DNA of 63,599 bases, the filler included, from Phoronis australis (lineage: Eukaryota > Animalia > Phoronida): the NCBI GenBank assembly GCA_002633005.1. It is 5 parts of 5 records of this genome, joined end to end, with 100 filler letters (N's around TTAATTAATTAA, not from the genome) between each part and the next. Parts side by side here need not be neighbours in the genome. Positions count along the whole stretch, not along the records: positions 32,523 to 53,410 come from NMRA01000626.1; positions 53,511 to 62,006 come from NMRA01000276.1; positions 62,107 to 63,599 come from NMRA01001872.1; 2 more parts are not named here. The stretch is one strand, 5' to 3'. The notes below the pieces were generated by a model. The model had not been told where the DNA came from. It saw nothing but the letters and a program-made list of their open reading frames with translations, and ran no database searches. Shown here one piece after another: positions 52,441 through 63,599 of the stretch (position 1 is the stretch's first letter; each line of letters opens with the position of its first letter). A program made the position numbers and the translations under genes.

Positions 52441-52576
52441 TTTTTACCCACGTCGGTGCAACGGCCGCTGTACATTTACTATACAGCCTGCACCTGGCAA
52501 GGCTATGCAGTCGGGACCCTTTCCTGGCCCGTGTCGAGAACGGCATCGTTCCACTTATAGTCAACACTACGCGGCA
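52441..52576 (+). CDS. Candidate downstream exon (VFTHVGATAAVHLLYSLHLARLCSRDPFLARVENGIVPLIVNTTR)
   Basis: tttgatcag acceptor, gtaag donor, open in the phase needed to follow the exon ending at 46920; no recognised domain. Confidence 0.2.
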
Positions 52577-55500
52577 GTAAGCTTGTATTATGAACTTTCG
52601 AGAGCCGAGATCGAAGACGAATTATACACATTAAAGGAGCATGCCACCCAAAAAACAACCTAATTTCTATCAGTTTAGATCGAGTAGTTCTACTCCATAA
52701 CGACACGTACGGTTGCGTAACCTGACACCTGACGGCAGACGAAGGTGTAGAAATTATCCAATGACGTCATCGGTTTCACACAGTCCGTTCAGCAGTTCAC
52801 AACACGGGTTACTGGTGTCAGCTTATCGCTTGAAGTCATCGTTTAACACCAATAAATCATCAAACTTCGATGTAAAAGCCTTAAAAATACACCGAGTTCT
52901 TATAAAAACGTGTTGTTTTATTTCGCTTTTACGGATTTATTGGTATTTGGACACACCGTTCCCTACAAAGTTCGGCAGGCCAATAAGGTACGTAGCAGAA
53001 GTTTGGGGTCTGTTCTGAGATAATTTCGAAGTATTTTCCGTGAGATACAGACAGGAAAACCTAGATCTGTGTTGTTTAGACTTGTGATTTTTTGAGTTCT
53101 AAACACAAAACGCTTGTTATCCTGGTCAGTGGGTCGGAGCCCGATCAGACGCGTCGCGGCCGCCCGCAGGATTGACTCGTTATCCCGGCCAGTGGCTCGG
53201 AAACTGATCAGACATCACGAACATAAACCAGCAAAAGTTCAGTGGATACTAAACTTCCAGTCAAGAAAATACTATACTAGTGAGCCAAAGTAATGTGCAC
53301 GTGATTATGTTGGTGAATTAGCCACGAAACTGTAAATCTACTTACTCGTCGGGGGCCGCGAATTCAGGTTCCGCTTTGGCCACAGCACCGTGAAAGCCTC
53401 ACCTTAAAAANNNNNNNNNNNNNNNNNNNNNNNNNNNNNNNNNNNNNNNNNNNNTTAATTAATTAANNNNNNNNNNNNNNNNNNNNNNNNNNNNNNNNNN
53501 NNNNNNNNNNGGGGGGGGGGGGTGTAGCCCTCTTGCCCCCCCCCCTTAATTCGCTATTGATGTCAAACTGCTAAAAAATTCTGCTTTAAGTGTACATTTT
53601 CAGTTGTTTTTTTTTGATAAAGTATGGGAAAAAAGAATTCACATAACCTCAAAGACTTTTGAATAAATGACGAAATACTCTGAAAAACTAGGTTTCTAGT
53701 TTTTGCTATTTTTGAATTAATTTGTTATACCAATTTCATTTTTAGAATTGTTTTGAAATATTTTGGAACAAAAGAAATATTTTCACCGAACCATGGTAAT
53801 TTTTTAAGTGTTTTGTCGTTTGAAAGTGGTTTGGTGACGATGTCATGTTGTTAACCTACTTGTAAAGGACTCTCTATCTTGTTTTAGCAATACAGTAAGC
53901 TATGGATTCCCAAATATAGTTGTCTAAACTTGATATTTTTTGTGGCCTGAAATTTTTGGGTGCTATTTGCTGAAAAAAGGGCTATTTTTGAGGCTGTAAT
54001 ACTTAAATAACTCGAGAGCCACCTAAACAATTTTAAAAAATATATATAAATGGCATGTCTAAAGCTACCATTTTAGACTATTGAAGTGTTTCTGATGAAA
54101 TTTGTATTTTGCTTTGCTCTGACAGCTACTTTTTGTAAAACATAGCACGCAAAGGGTGTTTTTGTATTCATTCTCAGAAATGTATGCAACACTGACTTTA
54201 TGTAATGTTGTTATGTTTTTTCCTGTTTGTCATTGTAAAAATCAATTCCATTGTATATTTGTGTTGTCATTTTTCACTTAACAATTGTAAAGTAAGGCAG
54301 GGGAATCTCAGACCCCTGTTACTTACTCATTGGAACTGGGAAAATAAAGAAATGAAAAATGTCTAATTTGTGTGTACTGTGCTATCTGATAACCACTAAA
54401 AATAAGGCTGACAGAACACCTTTCATAACCTGAGTCTTTCCCTCTCATGTTCTCTATTTCAAATTTTGTGGTATTTTATTCAGTTGGTGGTTTCATTTCA
54501 TGTTATAACTTTTTTCTTCTGCAGGCAAAAATATAACACTTAAAATTGAATTCCTTTCACTAAGTATAAAGTACAAAAACTTAATTTATAAAAAATATAC
54601 TGTACAAGTTTCCTTTCCAACGTTGAATATCTGTTGGCGTCACAAAATCCTAAAGAAAATTACAGTGCCAACTGGTCCTTCAAAATTTTGACTACTTCAA
54701 TTCACTGGTTATCTCCACAACTCAATAGTGGAACTGATTCTGGTGTGGAAATTAAACATTCACGCTCAATGCAATACTGGAAATTAGCTCAGTTTTTTGT
54801 TAAAAAGCCATAGAAGAGTTCTGGGGGAATGAGTTCACTTTCACAAAATCACGTTCCAGATACAACTCTTCGTTCCATATTACTTTATAGATATTCTATG
54901 TATTTGTGACATTTACAGGATTTTCAGACACTGAAAGAGAGAAATAGACATTAGGTCTTAATGAGCATGCCCACTTTCATAATCATAAGTATCACTCGTC
55001 AAGAAACTGTGGAGAATACGCCAACTCAGTCGACATGGAGAGCATGATGTGCTGCTATTGAAAATATTGAGAGTCCCTTTAGATTACATTCACAAAGCCC
55101 GTTTTGAATGAGCAGCAAACAGGGTCATGCTGCACTTGTTTGCGCGACATTCTTGTTACCCCCTCCATTTGTCAGTCTTTGCAGTATTTCACACCTGCTA
55201 TGTACCATTGCATATTTGACTAGCTTTTGCTCCATTTTATTTCCACTTGATGAAACAAGTATTTTCAAAATATCATTTGTCGTCTCTTGGTCAGTTTCTT
55301 TACCAATGTTCTGATGATACGAACGGAATGGAATAAAGATTGTGACAGCAACATTGTATCGAACCAATTTTGCATGGTCGTAGCTATGTTTAGAAGTTGC
55401 CTTACAATGTACTTCTGGCCTATGATAGTAGTGACAGCAATTTTTTGACACACAACTTTTTGACACTCAAGTTTTGCAAATGACATGTCAATGCCAGTTA

Positions 55501-55879
55501 GCCTTTGGCCCTTCCCCTGGAACAAAGCTGTGTGAATTACAAATATTTATTGTGTAACATTGTTACAATTTCATTTTTGTTGGTTAATACTTGTGCTTAT
55601 GATTATGAGCTGATTCGTACGGTAATCTATTTAAACAAACATCAATACTAATTGCAACAAAAAATCAGCTGATGCGACTGCGTAAGTGTAAACACGGGAA
55701 AATCAGCCGAAGACGTTTCTGGCGTTAATAACTCATATTTGTCATAACATGTCTGAATTATCTTGTGAATGTTTTAAATGACATGACAGAGAACAGTATA
55801 CGCATTTTATTTTTACAAGTCTTAAAAACTCCAAACAATCAAGCAATTCGACTCATTACTTTACCAAATCTTGAAACGA

Positions 55880-56150
55880 GGGAACGACCGCTCCGTAAAA
55901 CCGGAAGTTTTCTATCCTGCGTGTGCAGCGCCCTCTCATCGTTAGTGCTTATGTCCCGTGGCCCGCGACATGCGCAACGCGCTCTAACGGAAGTTGGCAG
56001 TCCCTATCTATTATAGTCTATGATTGCACAGTGGAGCAGAAGACGGAAACGGAGTCGTAGTGCGCAGCGCTACTGCCGGTCGCTTGTGATATTGCGGGAG
56101 AGCCTATACTTAGCCATAGTTCCGTAACGAATGCGCCGTGTTCCGAATTT
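55880..56150. promoter_or_regulatory. Candidate promoter-like CpG-rich patch
   Basis: ETS-like accggaagt (~55900) and acggaagt (~55987), a partial NRF1-like catgcgca, and visibly raised CpG content. Confidence 0.25.
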
Positions 56151-56859
56151 GACACTTGAAATTGGATTTGAGCCCCCCCCCCCAACACTAAAACTGCACA
56201 CATTTAAATCTTTTTTCATCTGTATAATTTTAATTACCGGGGTTAATAAATGAACTCAACATTTCCCTACGCTATTACTGTTTTATTTTTTGCGGCAGCC
56301 AAGGTGGGGGGCCCCTGCCCCCCTCCTAAATCCGCCTATGTATAGAAACAGCAGGTTATTGAATCAACGAGTGTAACAGTTGCTGAACGTGTCTCAGAAG
56401 TTCATCACAAGTCAAGGCTTCGCAGCATTGGCTGGAGCATAAACAGACATTACGTTGGACGTTTTGTTTGAGTAGGCTTGTGAACGTACGGTCGGGATTA
56501 ATAAAGGATTAACTCGAACCAGTCTTCAGTCAATCTTCGCACCGAAAGCTATTAGCACCGGTCTGTAACAACCTGCGTCCACCCACACACGGGGAAAAAC
56601 GTGACAGTCAGTGAAAACTCTACTGACCTCCCGATCACCATCAATAGCACCCCGCCCTTTTGCAAGCTCTCATAGTTCTGTCTCAAGTAGCATTTTCAGT
56701 GGCTGATCTAGGATACCATATAGGCCTAGTGAGGGGGGCCCGACATCCTCGGAGAAGCGGGCAAAGCGCGATTGTATGCACGCAGGTGGCCCGGAAGTTG
56801 CGGGCGCCGAGGATGTATATCTTCTGCTCAGGAAATCTGTCGTTGCACGCTGTGTAAAA

Positions 56860-57264
56860 TGTTGTCAACATAGATATTCCGTGTAACGTCAGCAGTCACA
56901 TCATTTTTCTCAATGTCGAAGTGATGCTTAAGTACAGTGTTCAATATGAACGGCGAGCTTGCTGAGCCAAAAAGCACAGAAGCGAATTGATAGGCCTTGA
57001 AATCACTTCCCGGGTTTCGGCACCAAAGTGTCTTGAAGACAAGTATTTGTAAATGTCCCTGGTGGGAATTTGTGATTATAGGAAAACGAATGACGAGGTT
57101 GGATACATAGAACAAGACACAACTTGTTTATTAGGCTAATACGTAATATATATGGATATATCGATGAAGAAACACGTGGTTACAGGAAAATGTGTGGCCA
57201 CTGGGAGGAGTCAAGTGATTGACGGTCACAGTGGCCATTAGTGGTCGCTATACTAACATAAACA
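56860..57264 (-). mobile_element. BEL/Pao LTR retrotransposon relic: LTR, tRNA-Phe PBS and RT fragment
   Basis: PBS TGGTGCCGAAACCCGGGA (57025-57008) lies 3 nt after a CA end at 57029; AATAAA within the putative LTR; RT motif YQF..VLFG.ASSPFIL...L.HH...NIYVDNIL. The LTR start is uncertain (TGT at 57184, 57258 or 57264). Confidence 0.75.
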
Positions 57265-57840
57265 TACGTAATCATCAAGATAGAATTCTTGACATTCATT
57301 TAATTTTGAATCAAAATTACATTGAGCTATTATTCAGCATAATGTGTAAACTGGTAGTTTTCTATCGAATTACCCGAGCGAAACACTGACTAAATGAACA
57401 AACATGACCCTTCCTCCCACTGCTAACACATTACTGCCAGGTATTAAACAAACAAGACAAGCACAGAGCTATTAAAAATTCAGAGCCAAAGCAATAGCAA
57501 AAGCAAGAGTTATGTTTTTTGGTCCACAGTTTTGCCTGCCTTGAGTGCTTCTCGCCAGTACCATTTACTTTTTTATGAAAATTATCCCACTGACCCGGAT
57601 CGATCATTCATTGTTTTTTCAAGGGGTCGTTGTTGCCAGGTCAATTAAGATGAAGAACTCCCAACACCATTCAACATCAATGAGCACGATTATTACTAAA
57701 GTGTGTCATATGAGCGCCTTAGTGTCATTGCGAATATAGTAGTTTTGTTGTTATTGCAATCGTGACATGGTGTGAAACCCCCAGTCAAGTGAAGAGTTTT
57801 AATTAACTTGCTAAAGCTGAAGAAAGACAGCGCACTTATG

Positions 57841-59173
57841 CAGACGATTTCATAAAAGGTGGTTTAAACTGGACTTAGACCAGGTTTAAAGATAATCTGC
57901 ATTTCATAAAGGTGGTTTAACTTTTAGACCAGTGGTCTAGTAAAACCTGGTTTAGACCTGGTCTAAGTCAGCTTTCATTACACCAACGCAGTCTATATTC
58001 CTTAAATCAATATTAAGATCTTAAACCAGGTTTAACTTTAGACTTGGTCAGACCCAGGTTTAATACTATTAAATATGAAAGACTTGCACGATATAGATGC
58101 AACTGTATAATGCCGTGGTCAGCATTTACGACACAATTTTAGAGCGAGAACGGACTATTTTCAATATTCGGTTTTACGACGACACAAGATCAAACGTAAC
58201 AGGGGCGAATCTACGATTTTTAAAGGGGGGGTCGGATCAAGCATTTTAAAAGTAGGGTCTGGGTCAACAATTTGAAAATTAAATATTTGATATCACTAAT
58301 GGAAAAAGCGGATTCGGACCCCTTGACCTCCCTGGATCCGCCTATGCGTAGAACAGTACGTGTTGAAGGGTGTCTTTTGAATTTCTCAGAATACGACTGG
58401 TCGAGCAGAGCATTATTGTCGTGTGTGTTTGACACAGACTTTACAAAATGGAAAATATCCCCTCATAATATGCTGGATCTGCCACTTGATCCCTCGCCAT
58501 TTTTCTTTGCAATTTTTTCACTGATGAAAATTTTTTCTGAGCTTTATTTTAAACGACACCATTTTTAAAGTTAAAACTGTTTGTCGCTGCATTTCTCCGA
58601 TTGTGGCAAATCAGTGTGCAGCCAGTCTGGACCAATCTCTCCAAGCCTGTCGTTGACTTCATTTGGAACCAGTTTCCTTATTCCTAGGGAACATTTTCCT
58701 CGTGATAAAGGTTCTATCCCTTTTTCGGAAATGTCTGCACCGATTCTACAGCTGTGTGCCATATTGTACTCACAGGATCAATGTTTCATTGAAGCACTTC
58801 AATGGTTTCTTGGTTGGATTAATCCGGATACACACAAAAGGGTGGCTTAGATGCTTTAAACCTGCCTCCCGTTCAGGAACGCCAGAACCTCCTTAAAAGC
58901 AAGACTTCGCGAGATTACGTGAGACATTTCCGTGTAATTTAAATGAGAACACGTGACTTAAGCTAGATTTTAGCAAGGTCTTTGCGTAGGTCCTAGCGTT
59001 ACTGAACGCACTCATGGTTTTACTAAATCCGCTTTATGGTCTAACAAAACCAGGCTTTCAGACTTTTAAACCACGCTGGTGAAATACAAGTTAGATATAA
59101 AATTAGGCCAGGTTTAGGAAGACCAGTAAGTTTTAAACCTGGTTTTGTTAAAACACCGTTATGAAATCGGCTG
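57841..59173 (+). mobile_element. PIF/Harbinger-like element, internally decayed
   Basis: TIR cagacgatttcataa / ttatgaaatcggctg, ATG on both flanks, many subterminal ccaggttt / aaacctgg repeats; faint HARBI1-like traces (FPR..GSI and frameshifted GFLVG.SGY). Confidence 0.65.
58200..58346. mobile_element. hAT-type MITE nested in the Harbinger-like element
   Basis: Ends caggggcgaatcta / tggatccgcctatg; flanks cgtaa / cgtag form an imperfect 5-bp TSD. Confidence 0.6.
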
Positions 59174-59330
59174 ATGGTCTCAGCACCTGGACGTAATCTG
59201 TGCTGAAAAGATCTTAAGAAGAGGCATGAATGTGTCACTGTTCCATGCGGAAAATAAGTGTTAACATGAAAGAGGACGTGGCAACAACAACCTATTTCAC
59301 TAGAAGAACAATGCTACTAAAACACAGTAT

Positions 59331-59508
59331 CATGGGCGGCGCAGCACTGAAAAAGTGGGAGAGGGGCTAAAGCCCCCTCAGCCCCGTTGTGGTGCAGCGC
59401 CTGTAGACCATGTGCGGCGTAGCACAGAAAAAAATGGGGGAGCTATAGCCCCCCCCCCCCCCCNNNNNNCCCCCCCCCCCCCCAGCCCCCTATGGTGCGC
59501 CGCCCATG
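59331..59508. mobile_element. hAT5-like MITE with 5-bp TSD
   Basis: Perfect TIR catgggcggcgca / tgcgccgcccatg; AGTAT on both sides; two internal G/C-run subunits. Confidence 0.7.
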
Positions 59509-61001
59509 AGTATGGGACTGACAATCACTATTTTGACTTGATTGAGTTGTTCGTGGCCAAGTACTATACTATGAGAAATTGTCTAGTTGCACACTGCAGC
59601 ATTCAACTCTGGTAGTGTGAGTCAGAAGCTGACCGAGCTCATTTTGCAAAGCCAGATGAATTCATGGCAAAGAAAACAGCATATGGTTCTAATCTGGGAT
59701 TTTTTAAAAACTGAATCATGCGCTAGTATTTAGTTGTCCTAGCTTTCAAATAAAAAAGCCAACTGAAATGGGTCGATATACATTTCTCAACATTGTGTGA
59801 TGTTGGTTGAAATTATTTAGAATAGGTTCTTTTTCCCCGTTGTTATCTGATGCCAGCTGAAATTGGTATCGGATCTCTTTTGAAAGATGAGGTGTTCGTT
59901 TTCGAAACAGCTCGGAGTCTGATTTTTGTGCTGTAAATTGAATTTAAAATTGTTGTTGCCATTTTGCTTCTTATCGAATACAAAATCATAAAATCCTAAG
60001 TGTTTTTAGGTTCTAAGATCATTGGCTCAAGAAAATTGTAGTTTACCTATACATGTTTCTAGACTAAAGTCGCACTTGATGACCCCAAGATTCGAGCTAC
60101 TACCCAAGGAACAACACGTGATTTCGAGTAAAAACTCACAGCTTTAATGCTAGGGTCATTAAGTGCAAACTAGGATTATTAGGAATCATATTTTGCATAC
60201 GCGAGCACAGAATTAAAGAGTCTTAACACTTATTTTTAGTTTGAATACAGCAGAAAACATCAAAAATAAAATTTGATTTCCAGTACAAAGATTATACCCC
60301 GAACCAATTATATAATTTTTTGGTCTTTCGAGGTTTAAAAATTGAAACTGAAATAAAATGGTTTTGAGGTGAAGAATCCGTTGGCAATACAATTTTTCAA
60401 CATCATTTGGTCCCCAGAACACCCACTTAGGTCGATGTTTCATGGTCTTCTACTTGACTTTGCTTCTTAGTCCGATCTGTTGTGTACGAGTTTAGTCACC
60501 TTCTTCTCCGATATCGTGTTGTTTTCTAGCAACGAAGAAACACAAGAAAGTGAGTACAAGGTTAATAGTTGTACATTTTTACAGAGTGGACACCACCTCA
60601 AGGATTCATTAATATAGCCAGGTTATTAGGAATGGGGCTAGAAGGAAGGGGTGCCCCAAGAATGCTACACCCCAAAATGTTATATTGGGACGGTAGATGC
60701 GTTGCTTTTGCAGATTTCAAGAGATGAGACAAATGTCATGTAGCTTGACAAGCTATTTCAATCTGTATCTGTCTTACTTGAGGGAACCATCGTTGTTTAA
60801 AGTCTGCTCTGTTTATGGTCTTGACACGTACAGTGCATTAATTAATGCCTGGGTATGCGCATGTAAGACAGGCCTCAGGTAGAGTTTATGACCTTTGACT
60901 TTTGTCATATTTATTTTTATTGTGGTGGGTTTAATGTACTAGTGACAGAATTGTGTGCCAGTAAAAATCGGATCCAACTGAATAGACGGGGATTACATTC
61001 T

Positions 61002-61690
61002 GGCCAGCCCGCGATCGAGAACGCTCGGAAGGCGATCGAGAACGAGACCTTGCACCAAAAATGGCAGACGGCAGTGACGTACCCGGTGAGTTTAAGTGTC
61101 ATTTTCTGCTTAAATAGAGGCCACTTCGATACAAATGCTACACACTGGAAAGCGTCAGAGCGTAAACTTGTTGTGGATCTGAAATAATACTTGGCTTTTG
61201 CTTATTTTTCAAAATAAAGAGCTCAGAAAGCAATATGGCTTTCGGTAAAATGCCTTGCGCATCGTAAAATCGACAATTTCTACTTGTTATTAGCAATTCC
61301 GGGGTTCTTAAGAAGAGACGTGTAACGTACTAGTTCAATCGTGGTGACACCTTTGTTAGTTATGATTTGTGAAACAATTTGAGATATTTACCAATGCAAG
61401 CAGGTCCTTGTGTGAGACGACCGTCGTCTCACACAAGTGACGATCGGGAACGAAGTCGTTAATTCTCTATGGCGATCGTGAACACTCATTTTTTTCTCTG
61501 CATTGGCCTGAATAGTCCTTCAAGTTACGGTATTATGTCAATAATTTCAGATTAATACGGAGCCTGAATTAGTTGATTGGTAGATTATTAATTACATTTC
61601 ATCGTTTTTTCATGATTTCAAAGTGAGATTTAGCCAAACAAACATATCTGCATGATTGCGTTTTGATTGTTTTCAGTTGAATTGTAGCCA
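61002..61690 (+). mobile_element. CGATCG(A/G)GAACG repeat family, copy 2
   Basis: Homologous to 49808-50550; aaaATGGCAGAC...CCG|gtgagt mini-exon and a tttcag acceptor at ~61676. Confidence 0.5.
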
Positions 61691-61693
61691 CAC

Positions 61694-62006
61694 CAGGGCC
61701 CGGTCTCCAATCTTTTTACTCAAAATGGAACTCGAAATTAGTTTTGGCATTTTCTACTCTACTTTTGGGCGAACTCAAGATAAGTGTCTATTATTCTATG
61801 CTCGAGTACACAATAACTTACGTAGATAATTTATTGCCCTTAGTTCACAGTTTGCAAACCCAATATTAAAGCAATAAGTTCGAGTTTGAACTCGAAATTT
61901 CGAGTTTTTACTCGAGTTTGTAGCATGAATATAAGGGTCTTCAAGGGCAAACTTGAACTAGAAACTCCTATGCATAAACTATAATGTATTCGAGCACAGT
62001 CTGATA
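61694..62006. mobile_element. Left part of a Harbinger-like MITE with ctcga repeats; runs into the gap
   Basis: Begins cagggcccgg, like the 28187 element, with repeated actcga / tcgagt motifs. Confidence 0.4.
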
Positions 62007-62106
62007 NNNNNNNNNNNNNNNNNNNNNNNNNNNNNNNNNNNNNNNNNNNNTTAATTAATTAANNNNNNNNNNNNNNNNNNNNNNNNNNNNNNNNNNNNNN
62101 NNNNNN

Positions 62107-62637
62107 ATGTGTATTACAGTAAGATACATGTGTATTACAGTAAGATACATGTGTATTACAGTAAGATACATGTGTATTACAGTAAGATACATGCGTATTA
62201 CAGTAAGATACATGCGTATTACAGTAAGATACATGCGTATTACAGTAAGATACATGCGTATTACAGTAAGATACATGCGTATTACAGTAAGATACATGCG
62301 TATTACAGTAAGATACATGCGTATTACAGTAAGATACATGCGTATTACAGTAAGATACATGCGTATTACAGTAAGATACATGCGTATTACAGTAAGATAC
62401 ATGCGTATTACAGTAAGATACATGCGTATTACAGTAAGATACATGCGTATTACAGTAAGATACATGCGTATTACAGTAAGATACATGCGTATTACAGTAA
62501 GATACATGCGTATTACAGTAAGATACATGCGTATTACAGTAAGATACATGTGTATTACAGTAAGATACATGTGTATTACAGTAAGATACATGTGTATTAC
62601 AGTAAGATACATGTGTATTACAGTAAGATACATGTGT
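62107..62637. repeat. 21-bp minisatellite atgYgtattacagtaagatac, 25 full copies
   Basis: Nearly perfect array of 4 T-type, 17 C-type and 4 T-type units. Confidence 0.97.
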
Positions 62638-62699
62638 ACAGTGACAACTTTATTAGTATCGTTTGCATTGTCAGACCTAGAAAATAATTATTCTTTGAA

Positions 62700-62806
62700 A
62701 TAATGATTCTATTAAAATAATAATTCTATAAAAATAATAATTCTATAAAAATAATAATTCTATAAAAATAATAATTCTATAAAAATAATAATTCTATAAA
62801 AATAAT
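62700..62806. repeat. 18-bp AT-rich tandem repeat (aataattctataaaaata)
   Basis: About 5-6 copies visible. Confidence 0.9.
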
Positions 62807-63296
62807 GATCCATAAAGCTGCACTTTGCCTTGGTAAGCTGACTAAACACAATAATCAAACACGATAATCCAATTAGGTCTTTTACTCTCATAAAATCCTC
62901 CTTACCGCGATCCTTACAGTGATAGGATTCCATTTGCATTACCAACTGAAATTGCAGACAATTCGTACATGTGCCATTTTCAAATTTGTAATTTTAGGGT
63001 TGACCATTCTCAAACATTTTCTTGAATCTGTGACAGTTTTGATGTTCTTATTGGTGGTGTCTCAGTCAGGAATATTTTGAGTCCAATTGTATTAGAGTAA
63101 ACTAAAAGGGCACTTTTAGCTTTCTAACTAGGACAAAATGCTACTTTAAGAAAAATACATCTATTTACCAACTAGTGACTGAGAATTGTTTTTGTGGTCA
63201 TTATTAATTATGTGGTCATGATTGAGCATTAAGCAAACATATTTGAAGAATTACTGTCATGTTGTGATGTATCTAAGCTGTTGAATGATACTGAGA

Positions 63297-63423
63297 GCTA
63301 AAGATTTATAACCAGTCTAAAGGACATTCAAGTTTGGATGATGCAGAAGGCTGAAGATTTATAACCAGTCTAAAGGACATTCAATTTTGAATGATGCAGA
63401 AGGCTGAAGATTTATAACCAGTC
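63297..63423. repeat. 53-bp tandem repeat, ~2.4 copies
   Basis: aagatttataaccagtc at 63301, 63354 and 63407. Confidence 0.9.
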
Positions 63424-63541
63424 GAAATGACTTTCAGTTTGGCGTCTGAGTAGCACATTGTTAGATGTTTATGAGTATGTTATGTTTTTGCAAAAGTACA
63501 CACAGGTAGCAGGTGGTAATAACAATGTACCCCGGAACTGG

Positions 63542-63599
63542 ACTGTGTAGAAGGGTGGGATTATGAGAATTACTGTGTAGAAGGGTGGGATTATGAGAA
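63542..63599. repeat. 30-bp tandem repeat cut by the window end
   Basis: actgtgtagaagggtgggattatgagaa occurs twice. Confidence 0.85.

Noticed and set aside
57008-57025. tRNA-Phe gene
   Set aside because: Only the last 18 nt are present and they include CCA, which eukaryotic tRNA genes do not encode; better explained as a PBS.
62055-62703. Long repetitive ORFs or a CRISPR-like array
   Set aside because: Contiguous 21-bp tandem units with no unique spacers, no cas genes and a eukaryotic context.

Overview
This is AT-rich, repeat-dense animal genomic DNA, probably from a non-arthropod bilaterian invertebrate (inferred from spliceosomal GT-AG introns, TTAGGG-like tracts and the transposon families present). 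It is a draft assembly with five large N-gaps. Two host genes are supportable: a minus-strand ankyrin-repeat gene with five exons of exactly 99 bp (8714-18020), and a plus-strand exon encoding a stand-alone condensation/alcohol-acetyltransferase-like domain with an HxxxDG motif (46254-46920). Most of the remainder is decayed mobile DNA: a DINE-1/Helentron-like element whose internal repeats each carry a CTCF-like motif, an Academ transposon retaining both TIRs and its TSD, two Penelope-like relics, RTE, Hero, L1/Tx1 and CR1/L2 LINEs, a BEL/Pao relic with a tRNA-Phe primer-binding site, Harbinger-, hAT- and Tc1-type MITEs, and several micro- and minisatellites. A ~2.3 kb duplication across a gap is probably two haplotypes. 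No CRISPR array, rRNA gene or complete tRNA gene was seen. All family calls come from reading motifs by eye, not from database searches.
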